Assembly (NCBI RefSeq): GCF_049701015.1
Contig: NZ_JBNATZ010000002.1
Coordinates: forward strand, 1-44,039
Reading direction: 5' to 3'
DNA length: 44,039 nt
From: Desulfofundulus sp.
Lineage (GTDB): Bacteria > Bacillota > Desulfotomaculia > Desulfotomaculales > Desulfovirgulaceae
Shown here: positions 1-9,784 of the stretch, piece after piece
Position numbering within the stretch: the first letter of the stretch is position 1
Layout of the letters: each line of letters starts with the position of its first letter
Made by a program: the position numbers and the translations under genes
The notes under the pieces: generated by a model
What the model was told of the DNA's origin: nothing
What the model saw: the letters and a program-made list of their open reading frames with translations, nothing else
Databases searched by the model: none

Positions 1-2
1 TT

Positions 3-1433
3 ATTTACCGGTTCGGTACGGATAAAGACCGGAAGTTGTTCCTTAAAAATATGCTCAGCGGGAAATGGAGCGGCACCATGTGCCTGACCGAGCCTAACGC
101 AGGGTCGGATGTAGGTGACGCCACTACGAGGGCTTATCCCACCGGCGACCCCAGGATATATAAAATCAAAGGCACCAAGATGTTTATAACCGGTGGCGAA
201 GTGGATCTGGGCGAAAATATAATTCACATGGTGCTGGCCCGTCCGGAAGGTGGTGCGCCGGGTTCCAGCGGCTTGGGGCTGTACATAGTGCCCAAGATAT
301 GGGTGAACGATGACGGCAGCCTCGGGGAGCCCAATGATGTCACCTGCATCGCTATTGAAAAAAAGATGGGGCTCAAAGGATCCGCCACGGCCATGTTGAG
401 TTTCGGTGAAAATGATAATTGCCGTGGGATCCTGGTGGGGGACCCGCCGGACAGCGAAGGCAGGTCAAAAGGACTGGCCATGATGTTCCATATGATGAAC
501 GAATCGCGCATAGGGACGGGCCATAACGCCCTGGCTCAGATGGCCGCGGCTTATTACTTTGCTTCCCGCTATGCCACCGAGCGCATTCAAGGGCGTCCTT
601 TCACCAACCCCAAAGCGGGCCGGGTGCCGATTATCAAACATGAAGATATAAGAAGAATGCTCATGGAAATGAAGGCTCAGGTTGAAGCAATCAGGGCCAT
701 GATCTTCAGGGGTTTCTATTACCTGGATTTTGCCGAACACAGCACAGACAAGGAAAAGACGGCCCGCTACCGTGGATTTGCGGATATTTTAACCCCGCTC
801 ATTAAAACCTACGCCAGTGAAACCGCGTGGCAGATGGTCGCGCTGGCCATCCAGGTGCACGGCGGCGTTGGTTACACGGAAGAATATCCTGTTTCTCAGT
901 ATGCTCGCGACGTCAAGATACTTTCCATTTGGGAAGGGACGTCATTTATTCAGGCCATGGATCTGGTCGGCCGCAAGATGAGGATGAAGGACGGCCTGCC
1001 GTTTGCCGGCTGGCTGGAGGAGCGGAAAGAATTTATCGAGCGGAATAAAGATGCAGACGGCTTTGTCTCAGAAATGAGTAAATTGGAAAAAGCTTACCAA
1101 TGTATGGCCGATATTAAGGACCTGTACGCTTCTTACTATGCAAATATGGCTGAAAAGGGTGAGTTGATTCCGCTTTATGCACTCCGTGTCCTTACCTGCT
1201 GTGCTCAGTTGTTTGCCGCGGAATCATTAATGGATCAGGCGCTGGTGGCCAGACGTAAAATTCAAGAGTTGGGCGCCAATCACCATGATTATAACTACTA
1301 TGCGGGTAAGATAGCTGCCGCCAGATATTTTATCAATAACATTCTGCCCAATGTTTACATGCTGGCCAGCCAGATTAAAGAGGCGGATAAGTCTGCCCTG
1401 GAATGCCCGGAAGAAGCCCTGGTTATCAGTTGA
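3..1433 (+). CDS. Acyl-CoA dehydrogenase, long C-terminally extended type (5'-truncated by window)
   Basis: Motifs MCLTEPNAGSD, GTKMFITGG, KMGLKGS, IQVHGGVGY, IWEGT. The frame is open back to the window start (IYRFGTDKDRKLF...). Confidence 0.95.
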   Translation: MYRFGTDKDRKLFLKNMLSGKWSGTMCLTEPNAGSDVGDATTRAYPTGDPRIYKIKGTKMFITGGEVDLGENIIHMVLARPEGGAPGSSGLGLYIVPKIWVNDDGSLGEPNDVTCIAIEKKMGLKGSATAMLSFGENDNCRGILVGDPPDSEGRSKGLAMMFHMMNESRIGTGHNALAQMAAAYYFASRYATERIQGRPFTNPKAGRVPIIKHEDIRRMLMEMKAQVEAIRAMIFRGFYYLDFAEHSTDKEKTARYRGFADILTPLIKTYASETAWQMVALAIQVHGGVGYTEEYPVSQYARDVKILSIWEGTSFIQAMDLVGRKMRMKDGLPFAGWLEERKEFIERNKDADGFVSEMSKLEKAYQCMADIKDLYASYYANMAEKGELIPLYALRVLTCCAQLFAAESLMDQALVARRKIQELGANHHDYNYYAGKIAAARYFINNILPNVYMLASQIKEADKSALECPEEALVIS

Positions 1434-1478
1434 TTTGCTGAATACCTGTCACCCTAAAGAAAGGGGCTGTTGCAAAAG

Positions 1479-2663
1479 ATGAGAGAAGTGTACCTGGTGG
1501 AAGGAGTTCGCACGGCCATAGCCAAGGCTGGGAAAAAGTCCTGGTTTGCCAATATAAGGGCAGACGACCTGGCCGCTCTGGTGATCAATGGATTGCTTGA
1601 GCGGGCAGGTATAACCGGGAAAAAACGGGAACAGGTGGATGATGTTATTTTGGGTGGCACCACGCTGTTGAAGGAAATGGGCAGCAATATCGGACGCTAC
1701 GCAACCATTATGGCCGGAATGCCCTACAGTGTTCCCGGCTGTACGGTGGACCGCATGTGTGCCTCCGGGTTGCAGACCATATCCTTTGCTATTGCCACCA
1801 TAGCTATGGGGTGGGCTGATTTGATAATAGCCGGAGGCGTTCAGCATATGACTCACGTTCCCATGGGAACCTGTTCCGACCACAATCCCAGGCTGGGTGA
1901 ATTCTGCGACCCGAATATGATTTCAATGGGATACACGGCTGAAATGGTTGCCCGCAGGTTTAATATCAGCCGTGAGAAGCAGGACCAGTTTGCCTATGAA
2001 AGCCATATGAAGGCTCATAAGGCCACTGTTGAAGGCTTGTTTAAAGAAGAGATCCTGCCTGTGGAAACGGAGGTCCCTGCAGAGGACGGTGGCACCAGGA
2101 AAATGGTGGTTGACCGTGATCAGGGAATCAGACCGGATACTTCCCTGGAAGCACTGGCCAAATTAAAACCGGTCTTTCTGCAGGATGAAAAAGCTACGGT
2201 AACTGCCGGCAATTCCAGTCAGATCAGCGATGCGGCCGCCGCTGTTCTGGTAGCCAGCAAGGAAAAGATCAAGGAGCTGGGCCTCAAACCGAAAATGAAA
2301 CTCGTAGCCTATGCAGTTGTTGGTGTGGACCCCGCTATTATGGGCATCGGCCCGGCCGTGGCTATCCCTAAGGCCTTGCAGCAGGCTGGCATGACGCTGG
2401 ATCAGATAGACCTCTGGGAAATAAATGAGGCCTTCGCCTCACAGGCTGTGTACTGCACTGAAAAGCTGGGGATTAGAAACCACCCGTTACTCAACCCCCG
2501 GGGTAGCGGCATAGCTCTGGGGCACCCCCTGGGCTGTACAGGTGCCCGGATAGCCACCACACTGATGCACGAAATGCCGTACTATGGTGCCAGGTTCGCG
2601 GTGGAAAGCATGTGTGTGGGTCACGGGCAGGGGGCTGCGGCCATTTGGGAATGGGTTGGCTGA
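1479..2663 (+). CDS. Thiolase (acetyl-CoA acyltransferase, FadA-type)
   Basis: RMCASG catalytic Cys, EINEAF, GHPLGCTGAR, SMCVGHG. ATG 1479 follows AAGGGG. Confidence 0.95.
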   Translation: MREVYLVEGVRTAIAKAGKKSWFANIRADDLAALVINGLLERAGITGKKREQVDDVILGGTTLLKEMGSNIGRYATIMAGMPYSVPGCTVDRMCASGLQTISFAIATIAMGWADLIIAGGVQHMTHVPMGTCSDHNPRLGEFCDPNMISMGYTAEMVARRFNISREKQDQFAYESHMKAHKATVEGLFKEEILPVETEVPAEDGGTRKMVVDRDQGIRPDTSLEALAKLKPVFLQDEKATVTAGNSSQISDAAAAVLVASKEKIKELGLKPKMKLVAYAVVGVDPAIMGIGPAVAIPKALQQAGMTLDQIDLWEINEAFASQAVYCTEKLGIRNHPLLNPRGSGIALGHPLGCTGARIATTLMHEMPYYGARFAVESMCVGHGQGAAAIWEWVG

Positions 2664-2714
2664 ACATGGTTCACCCAACCGGAAGTGAGCGGCTAATTAA
2701 AAGGGGGTTAAAGC

Positions 2715-4070
2715 ATGAACGCCTATCAAGAAGAATACAAGCGCAAGCTTGTAACTGCCGACGAAGCCGTAAAGGCGGTGAAATCCGGCGATTGGGTGGC
2801 TTACAGCCATTTTGCCATGACCCCGCGGGTACTGGATGAGGCACTGGCCAGGCGGAAAAATGAATTGTTCAATGTCAAGGTAAGAGGGGTCTGTGCAGTA
2901 CATCCGGTACAGGTGGCGCTTGCTGATCCGGAGCAGGAACACTTTATTTACAACAACAGTTTCTTCAGCGGTGCTGACAGGAAGTTGCATAATGATGGGC
3001 TGGCTTATCACATCCCCGGTCTGTATTCCGAGGCGCCCGCTATTGTGCGGAGCGGGCAGGACGGGCCCGATGTGGCCATGATAGTTACCACCCCCATGGA
3101 CGAAAAAGGCTTCTTTAATTTCAGTGTTTCCTGCTCATATGAACGGGCGGTCTGTGAAAAGGCCAGGACGGTTATTGTAGAGGTAAACGAGAATGCTCCC
3201 CGCTGCCTGGGGGGTTTTCAAGAGGGTATTCACATCTCCGAAGTGGATTACATTGTCGAAGGCAATAATGAACCTCTATTTGAAGTGCCTACTATTCCTC
3301 CCACCGAGGTGGATAAAAAAATAGCAGCCCTGGTTGTGGAAGAAATTGAAGACGGGGCCTGTCTCCAGCTGGGTATAGGTGGTCTGCCCAATACCATAGG
3401 TAAAATGCTGGCGGATTCCGATTTAAAGGACCTGGGTGTACACAGTGAGATGCTGTGCAATTCCTTTCTCGATTTATACGAAGCAGGTAAGATAACCGGG
3501 GCCAGGAAAACGATAGACAGGTTTAAAATGGTTTACACCTTCGCACTTGGTGATGCCAGGCTCTACGAGTTCATTCACAATAATCCAGCATGTGCGATTT
3601 ACCCGGTGGATTATACCAACAATGTGGATGTGATCGCCAGGAACGACAAGCAAATTGCTATAAACAATGCTATAGAGATAGATCTGTATGGCCAGGTGTG
3701 TTCGGAATCCGTGGGGGCCCGGCATATTTCCGGGACCGGCGGACAGTTCGATTTTACTTATGGAGCATTTCGCTCAAAAGGCGGTAAAGCCTTTATCTGC
3801 CTGAGCTCGACTAAAAAAGTAAAAGACAGGAAGGTTTCCAGGATTGTGCCTATGATTGCACCTGCCGGGATAGTAACCGTACCCAGAACGGTGGTGCAAT
3901 ATGTGGTCACGGAATATGGCAAGGTCAACCTCAAGGGTAAATCCACCTGGCAGCGGGCGGAATTGTTGATCAGTATCGCCCACCCCGACTTTAGAGAAGA
4001 ATTAATCAAACAGGCTGAGAAATTAAAGATCTGGACCAGAACCAATAAAAGATTGAGTTTAGTTGGTTAA
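2715..4070 (+). CDS. Acyl-CoA:acetate CoA-transferase (acetyl-CoA hydrolase/transferase family; butyryl-/4-hydroxybutyryl-CoA type)
   Basis: [39 protein letters not shown] motifs. Confidence 0.92.
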   Translation: MNAYQEEYKRKLVTADEAVKAVKSGDWVAYSHFAMTPRVLDEALARRKNELFNVKVRGVCAVHPVQVALADPEQEHFIYNNSFFSGADRKLHNDGLAYHIPGLYSEAPAIVRSGQDGPDVAMIVTTPMDEKGFFNFSVSCSYERAVCEKARTVIVEVNENAPRCLGGFQEGIHISEVDYIVEGNNEPLFEVPTIPPTEVDKKIAALVVEEIEDGACLQLGIGGLPNTIGKMLADSDLKDLGVHSEMLCNSFLDLYEAGKITGARKTIDRFKMVYTFALGDARLYEFIHNNPACAIYPVDYTNNVDVIARNDKQIAINNAIEIDLYGQVCSESVGARHISGTGGQFDFTYGAFRSKGGKAFICLSSTKKVKDRKVSRIVPMIAPAGIVTVPRTVVQYVVTEYGKVNLKGKSTWQRAELLISIAHPDFREELIKQAEKLKIWTRTNKRLSLVG

Positions 4071-4100
4071 ATACAATGTTTTGAAGGAGTGATTGAACAC

Positions 4101-4970
4101 ATGGGCATTGCTGATGTTAAGTCGATCTGCGTTGTCGGGGCGGGTAACATGGGGCATCAAATAGCGCTCTGTGCGGCTCTGGCCGGCTTTAAAGTGACGT
4201 GCACCGATATCAGCCAGGAAGTTTTGCAAAAGGCTGAACAGTTTGCCGACACTTATCTACCCGAACGGGTGGCCAAGGGGAAACTTTCAGAAGAAGATGC
4301 CAGGGCCGCCCGGGCCAGGCTTTCCTTCACCAGTGATCTGAACGAAGCCGCCAGGGATGCAGACCTGGTGATAGAGGCTGTAATCGAAAAGCTGGACCTC
4401 AAACGCCAGATATTTGCGCAGCTGGACAAGATCTGCCCGGCCCATACGATTCTGGCAACCAACAGTTCGTACATTGTCAGCTCTAAGATTGCCGACGCTA
4501 CCAGCCGTCCTGAAAAGGTGTGCAACATGCACTTCTTTAACCCGGCGCTGGTGATGAAACTGGTTGAAGTAGTGAAAGGACCGCATGTTTCTGAAGAAAC
4601 TGCTCAGACCGTTATGGAAGTTGCCAGGAAGATGGGGAAGACGCCCGTCCTTTTGAAAAAAGAGATCTATGGATTTTTAGTGAACCGCATAGTGTCCGCA
4701 ATTAAAAATGAAGCGCTTTATTTATACGATATGGGCATCGCATCTTATGAGGACATTGATACGGCAGTCGTTCTTGCTCTTGGTCACCCCCTGGGGCCGT
4801 TTAGACTCCTGGACCTCACCGGTATCGACCTGACATACTACATCAGCATGGAGCGTTACCAGGAGACCGGCGACCCCAGGTATAAACCATCACCGATAAT
4901 TGTGGAGAAGTTTTTGAAAAAAGAATGGGGACGCAAAACCGGTAAAGGCTTCTATGATTACAGCAAGTAA
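4101..4970 (+). CDS. hbd: 3-hydroxyacyl(butyryl)-CoA dehydrogenase
   Basis: VVGAGNMG Rossmann motif, IEAVIE, ATNSS, MHFFNP, GFLVNR, GRKTGKGFY. ATG 4101 follows AAGGAG. Confidence 0.93.
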   Translation: MGIADVKSICVVGAGNMGHQIALCAALAGFKVTCTDISQEVLQKAEQFADTYLPERVAKGKLSEEDARAARARLSFTSDLNEAARDADLVIEAVIEKLDLKRQIFAQLDKICPAHTILATNSSYIVSSKIADATSRPEKVCNMHFFNPALVMKLVEVVKGPHVSEETAQTVMEVARKMGKTPVLLKKEIYGFLVNRIVSAIKNEALYLYDMGIASYEDIDTAVVLALGHPLGPFRLLDLTGIDLTYYISMERYQETGDPRYKPSPIIVEKFLKKEWGRKTGKGFYDYSK

Positions 4971-5126
4971 ATACGCTCACTGTTCAACTTGATCAGGGGC
5001 CGGGGAGAAACGGCCGGGAACCGTTCTTCCCGGCGGGTTTTATGTGGACCTTTCCGCACGGGTTGCTGGCGGTGAGACAGGAACCACTGCTGTGGTGGTA
5101 TTGCAGTTCTTGGAGAGGTGGTTTTG

Positions 5127-5906
5127 ATGACATACAAGAACATTTTGCTGGAAAAAGAGGGTCATATCGCACTGCTTACCATTAACCGGCCGGAGGTGCG
5201 CAACGCCCTGGATCCTCAAACATGGGCTGAAATTCGGAGTGCCATCCGGGAATGCAAATTTGATAAAGACGTGCGTGTTGTGATCATAACCGGAGCGGGT
5301 GGCAAGGCTTTTGCTTCCGGGGCTGATATCAGGTCGCTTAGAGAACGTGAGACCCTGGAAGTTTTAAAGAGTGAGGCGCAGGAGTCATTAAATGATATTG
5401 AAAACCTGGATAAACCTGTGATTGCAGCTATAGATGGCTTTGCCCTGGGCGGCGGGTGCGAGCTGGCCATGGCCTGTGATATTAGAATTGCTACCAGCCG
5501 CTCAAAATTGGGCCAGCCCGAAGTCAACCTGGGTATCATACCCGGTGCCGGTGGAACACAGAGATTGCAGAGACTTGTAGGCATTGGCAAGGCTAAAGAG
5601 TTAATCTTTACGGGTGATATCATCAGCGCCCGGGAGGCCAGGGAGATCGGGCTGGTAAATAAGGTGGTCGATCAGCCGGAAGATTTGCTGCCGGCAGCTA
5701 AGGAAATGGCTCAAAAGATCATTGCCAGGGCACCGGTGGCCGTTGGACTGGCCAAGCTGGCCATTAATGTGGGTGCCAATACTGATATCAATTCGGGACT
5801 TCTCTTCGAAAAGCTGGCTCAAACCGTAGCTTTTTCCACTGAAGACCGCATAGAAGGGACCACGGCCTTTCTTGAAAAGCGTCAAGCGGTATTCAAGGGT
5901 AGATAA
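5127..5906 (+). CDS. Enoyl-CoA hydratase/crotonase
   Basis: NRPEVRNAL, AFASGADI, ALGGGCELAMACD, GQPEVNLGIIPGAGGTQRL. SD GGAGAGGTG before ATG 5127. Confidence 0.95.
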   Translation: MTYKNILLEKEGHIALLTINRPEVRNALDPQTWAEIRSAIRECKFDKDVRVVIITGAGGKAFASGADIRSLRERETLEVLKSEAQESLNDIENLDKPVIAAIDGFALGGGCELAMACDIRIATSRSKLGQPEVNLGIIPGAGGTQRLQRLVGIGKAKELIFTGDIISAREAREIGLVNKVVDQPEDLLPAAKEMAQKIIARAPVAVGLAKLAINVGANTDINSGLLFEKLAQTVAFSTEDRIEGTTAFLEKRQAVFKGR

Positions 5907-5940
5907 ACAGATCCCAAAAATAAAGAGTGGAGGACCGGTT

Positions 5941-7095
5941 ATGGATTTCAGTATTTCAGAAGAGATCAGGGATATGAAGCGTACATTGAGAAATTTTGTA
6001 GATAACGAAGTAGAAAAATACAGCCAGCAAATCGAAGAGGAAGATAAAATTCCACAGCACTTGATTGATAAAGCAAAGGAAATGGGCCTGTTTGGTATGA
6101 GCATCCCCGAGGAATACGGCGGCCTTGGCCTCAGTATGGTGGAAAGGTGCCTTCTCCTGGAAGAACTTGGCCGGGCCAATATGAGTTTTACCACTTATAT
6201 CGGGGCACATACGGGAATTGGCACCACCGGGATAGTCGAGCTGGGTAGTGAAGAAATAAAGCGGAAGTACCTGCCTGATATGGCCAGCGGCAAAAAACTG
6301 GGAGCCTTTGCCTTGACGGAACCCGACGCCGGGTCTGACGCTACCAACATAAAAACCACGGCCGTTTTGAAGGGCGACAGGTGGATTTTAAACGGCCGGA
6401 AACATTTCATTACCAATGCGCCCGAGGCAGATATTTTCACCGTTATTGCTGTAACGGACCGGGAAAAAGGGTCCCGGGGCGGATTTACCGCCTTTGTGGT
6501 GGAAAAGAATTTCCCCGGCTTCTCCATTGGCACCATTGAAAAGAAAATGGGCCTGAGGGGTTCCCACACGGCGGAAGTAATTTTTGAGGACTGCGAGGTT
6601 CCGGTGGAAAACGTACTGGGAGAAGTGGGCCGCGGCTACGCCAGTGCTTTAAAGATACTGACCAAAGGCCGGGTGGCCCTGGCTGCCCGTTGTGTAGGGG
6701 CCTGTGACAAGCTGGTGGAACTTTCCGCCAGGTATGCCCAGCAGAGGATCCAGTTTGGAAAGCCCATCGCCAGTTTCCAGGCCATTCAGTGGATGCTGGC
6801 GGAAATGGCTACGGATACCGAAGCTGCTCGTGCTTTAACCTACCGGGTGGCCTGGATGGTGGACCAGGGGATGTCTGTGGTCAAAGAGGGGCCGATGGTA
6901 AAATTATTTGCCTCTGAAGCTTTGGGCAGGGTGGCTGATAAAGCGGTTCAGATCCACGGTGGTATGGGATATATGAAGGATTTTCCGGTGGAACGGTTTT
7001 ACCGTGATGCCAGGATTACCCGTATATATGAGGGTACCAATGAAATTCAGCGGATGATTATTGCTCAGAGGCTCCTCAAGGAATTTGAGCTCTAA
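5941..7095 (+). CDS. Short-chain acyl-CoA dehydrogenase
   Basis: FALTEPDAGSD, NGRKHFITN, KMGLRGS, QIHGGMGY, IYEGTNEIQ. GGAGG SD before ATG 5941, so the upstream in-frame extension is unlikely. Confidence 0.95.
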   Translation: MDFSISEEIRDMKRTLRNFVDNEVEKYSQQIEEEDKIPQHLIDKAKEMGLFGMSIPEEYGGLGLSMVERCLLLEELGRANMSFTTYIGAHTGIGTTGIVELGSEEIKRKYLPDMASGKKLGAFALTEPDAGSDATNIKTTAVLKGDRWILNGRKHFITNAPEADIFTVIAVTDREKGSRGGFTAFVVEKNFPGFSIGTIEKKMGLRGSHTAEVIFEDCEVPVENVLGEVGRGYASALKILTKGRVALAARCVGACDKLVELSARYAQQRIQFGKPIASFQAIQWMLAEMATDTEAARALTYRVAWMVDQGMSVVKEGPMVKLFASEALGRVADKAVQIHGGMGYMKDFPVERFYRDARITRIYEGTNEIQRMIIAQRLLKEFEL

Positions 7096-7122
7096 GCTGT
7101 TGGAGAAAGAAGGTGTCGTCGA

Positions 7123-8301
7123 GTGGAAGGCGTAGCCATCATTGGTGCCGGGCAGACCCGTTATGGGGATTTCCCGACCAAGGGAGTTAAGGAACTCTTT
7201 GCCGAAGCATATCTGGAAATGTTGCAGAGCGTTGATCAGGGCCTGGACCCCCAGATGATTCAGGCCGCTTACATCGGCTGTCTCAGTGCCGGCAGCGGTT
7301 TTCAGCTGGGCCAGCTGGCTCCGTTACTCATGGGACATGTGGGTTTACCTCATGTGAACGCGGTTCGTATTGAAAATGCCTGTGCTTCTGGGGGATTTGC
7401 CCTGTATAATGCAGCCTGTGCGGTGGCCTCCGGCAAATTTGACCTGGTACTGGCCGCAGGTGTGGAGAAAATGCGGGATATTTCCTCCACTAAAGGCAGG
7501 TACTGGCTGGGAGTTTCCGGGGATACGGAATATGAACGCTTGGCCGGTTCCACCTTTGCCGGTATTTATGCCCTGATGGCAACCAGGTATATGCATGAGT
7601 ACGGCCTTAAGAGGGAGCACCTTTCCATGGTGGCCGTGAAAAACCACAGTAATGCCGTGGCCAATCCAAAAGCGCAGTTCCGTAAAGCAATAACCCTCGA
7701 GCAGGCCATGAACGGTGTCCCGGTTGCTCATCCCTTTAACGTCTGGGACTGCAGCCCAACTACTGATGGAGCCGCGGTTATCCTGCTCTGTAATGCCAGG
7801 ATAGCCAAGAGTTTCACCAGCAGGCCGGTTTACCTCAAGGGATTCGGCGCGGCCAGCGATTACCTGGCCATTCATGATAGAGGTTCTATTACCCGCCTGG
7901 CTGCCACGCGCAAAGCGGCTGCCGAGGCATACAGGCAGGCGGGTATCGGCCCCCGGGACATTGATTTTGCCGAGGTGCATGACTGCTTTACCATTGCGGA
8001 AATTCTCGCCTATGGCGACCTGGGCTTTTGTGAAGAAGGACGTGCACACTATCTGCTGGAAGAAGGGGTGACCCGGCTGGATGGGAAATTGCCGGTCAAT
8101 GCCAGCGGCGGTTTGAAAGCCAAAGGTCACCCCATTGGTGCCACCGGTTGCGGTATGGCCTATGAAATATTCAGGCAGTTGCGGGGTGAAGCTGCGGAAC
8201 CCAGCCGGCAGATCAAAAATGCCAGGTTTGCCCTGTCGCATAATGTGGGCGGGTCCGGTGGGACAGCTGCAGTTTTCATTTATCAGAGAGGGGACGAGTG
8301 A
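7123..8301 (+). CDS. Archaeal/SCP-x-type thiolase (PhlC/BbsB-like)
   Basis: ENACASG (nucleophilic Cys), EVHDCF, KAKGHPIGATG. C-terminal HNVGG replaces CxG. Confidence 0.9.
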   Translation: MEGVAIIGAGQTRYGDFPTKGVKELFAEAYLEMLQSVDQGLDPQMIQAAYIGCLSAGSGFQLGQLAPLLMGHVGLPHVNAVRIENACASGGFALYNAACAVASGKFDLVLAAGVEKMRDISSTKGRYWLGVSGDTEYERLAGSTFAGIYALMATRYMHEYGLKREHLSMVAVKNHSNAVANPKAQFRKAITLEQAMNGVPVAHPFNVWDCSPTTDGAAVILLCNARIAKSFTSRPVYLKGFGAASDYLAIHDRGSITRLAATRKAAAEAYRQAGIGPRDIDFAEVHDCFTIAEILAYGDLGFCEEGRAHYLLEEGVTRLDGKLPVNASGGLKAKGHPIGATGCGMAYEIFRQLRGEAAEPSRQIKNARFALSHNVGGSGGTAAVFIYQRGDE

Positions 8302-9308
8302 TGAGCGTAAGTATCATATCTTACGGAGCTTACCTGCCGTTCCTGCGGATTAAGAGGGACGAATATATAAATGCCCTGGGGAGCTGCAGTGCTGAAATTA
8401 AAGAAAAAGCTGTCATGGATGTTGATGAGGACACAATCACCATGGCCGTGGAAGCTGCCAGGGATGCCGTCGCTGATATAGATATTGGCAGGATCGGCGT
8501 GTTGACACTGGCCTCTTCCAATTTCCCTTACCAGGAAAAGGTTATGGCGGGCACCGTTGTTGAGGCCCTGGGTTTAAATAAAAACATTTTGACCGGAACG
8601 CACGGCAATTCCACCCTGGCGGGGACGGAAGCGCTCCTCTCCGCCCTGGGCCTGCTGGCACAGGTGGAACAAAAATATGCCCTGGTAGTTGTTTCCGACG
8701 CCCCGGCAGCGGCTGCTTCGACAGATATGGAGCATGGTTTTGGCGCGGCCGCCTGTGCCTTTGTCCTGACCAGGGATGAACAGGGCCTCGAATTTGAGGG
8801 AGTATATGCCCATACCGGCGAATCGCTGGGCCTGCGCTACCGGTTGTCCGGGGAAACGAATGTCAGGGATATCGGTGTCAAGGCCTATTCAACAATGGCC
8901 TATAACGAGACGGTAAAAGCTTCTGTAGGGGGGCTTTTAAATAAACTTGGCAGAAAACCCGCCGACTACCGCCATGTGGTATTGCACCAGAATGATGTTA
9001 AAACTACTGTGGCCCTGGCCAAGAAGATGGGTTTTAGTGAGGAGCAAATTAATGAAGGCCTTACTTATAGCCAGGTTGGGGACACGGGGGCATGTTCGGC
9101 CCTGCTGGGGCTCTGTCGGGTTCTGGATAAGGCGGCCGCCGGTGACAAAATACTGGTTGGTTCGTATGGTGCGGGGGCGGGGAGCCAGGCCTTGAGTTTT
9201 AAATTAAACTCCCAGCTACGGGCGAGAACCAGGTCATTCCAGGCGCTGCTCGGGGAGAAAAAGTATATCAGTTATATACATTACCTTAAGCTTAAAAAGA
9301 GTATCTGA
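8301..9308 (+). CDS. Archaeal-type HMG-CoA-synthase-like protein with catalytic Cys/Glu absent (PhlA-like)
   Basis: YGAYLP, EKAVxxxDEDTITMAVEAA, LHQ, SYGAGAGS and C-terminal YISY match the archaeal HMGCS fold. TGATG overlap with the thiolase stop. Confidence 0.88.
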   Translation: MSVSIISYGAYLPFLRIKRDEYINALGSCSAEIKEKAVMDVDEDTITMAVEAARDAVADIDIGRIGVLTLASSNFPYQEKVMAGTVVEALGLNKNILTGTHGNSTLAGTEALLSALGLLAQVEQKYALVVVSDAPAAAASTDMEHGFGAAACAFVLTRDEQGLEFEGVYAHTGESLGLRYRLSGETNVRDIGVKAYSTMAYNETVKASVGGLLNKLGRKPADYRHVVLHQNDVKTTVALAKKMGFSEEQINEGLTYSQVGDTGACSALLGLCRVLDKAAAGDKILVGSYGAGAGSQALSFKLNSQLRARTRSFQALLGEKKYISYIHYLKLKKSI

Positions 9309-9317
9309 GGTGATTAT

Positions 9318-9752
9318 ATGGGTGCGCACATATCCATTCCTATGTACCAGCGGTCGATTCCGCAGCGTTATCGGCTGGTCGGCCAGCGTTGTCTGAAGTG
9401 CGGCAGGGTGAATTTCCCTCCCAAGGCCGTCTGTAAATACTGCTTCACGGGTTCCGAGTTTGAAGAGGTGGCGCTGAGCGGCAGGGGTGTTGTTTATTCG
9501 TATACAATTATTGCCGGGGGTGGAGCACCGTCTGAGTTTTCGGAGCAGGCACATTGCCAGGGCAGTTACCCGGTGGTGCTGGTCGAACTCGAAGAAGGGC
9601 CCAGGGTTATAGCCCAGCTGGTAGATCCCCCGGAAAAAGGAATTTACATCGGTATGCCGGTCAAGGCTGTTTTCAGGAAGATTTACGAGGAAGAAGGCGT
9701 GGTCCGTTACGGGTTCAAATTCAGACCGCTCGAAAGGGTCGCACAGCAGTGA
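9318..9752 (+). CDS. DUF35 Zn-ribbon/OB-fold protein (acyl-CoA-binding scaffold, PhlB/BbsA-like)
   Basis: CLKC...FPPKAVCKYC Zn ribbon, G-V-V-YSYT, VELEEG, IGMPVKAVFR, YGFKFRP. Confidence 0.92.
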   Translation: MGAHISIPMYQRSIPQRYRLVGQRCLKCGRVNFPPKAVCKYCFTGSEFEEVALSGRGVVYSYTIIAGGGAPSEFSEQAHCQGSYPVVLVELEEGPRVIAQLVDPPEKGIYIGMPVKAVFRKIYEEEGVVRYGFKFRPLERVAQQ

Positions 9753-9784
9753 GGGTTCCCGTCGTCCATGAGGAACGGGAAAGC

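Noticed and set aside
7123-9752. Mevalonate pathway locus
   Set aside because: The HMGCS-like protein lacks the catalytic Cys and Glu, and there are no HMG-CoA reductase or kinase genes in the window.
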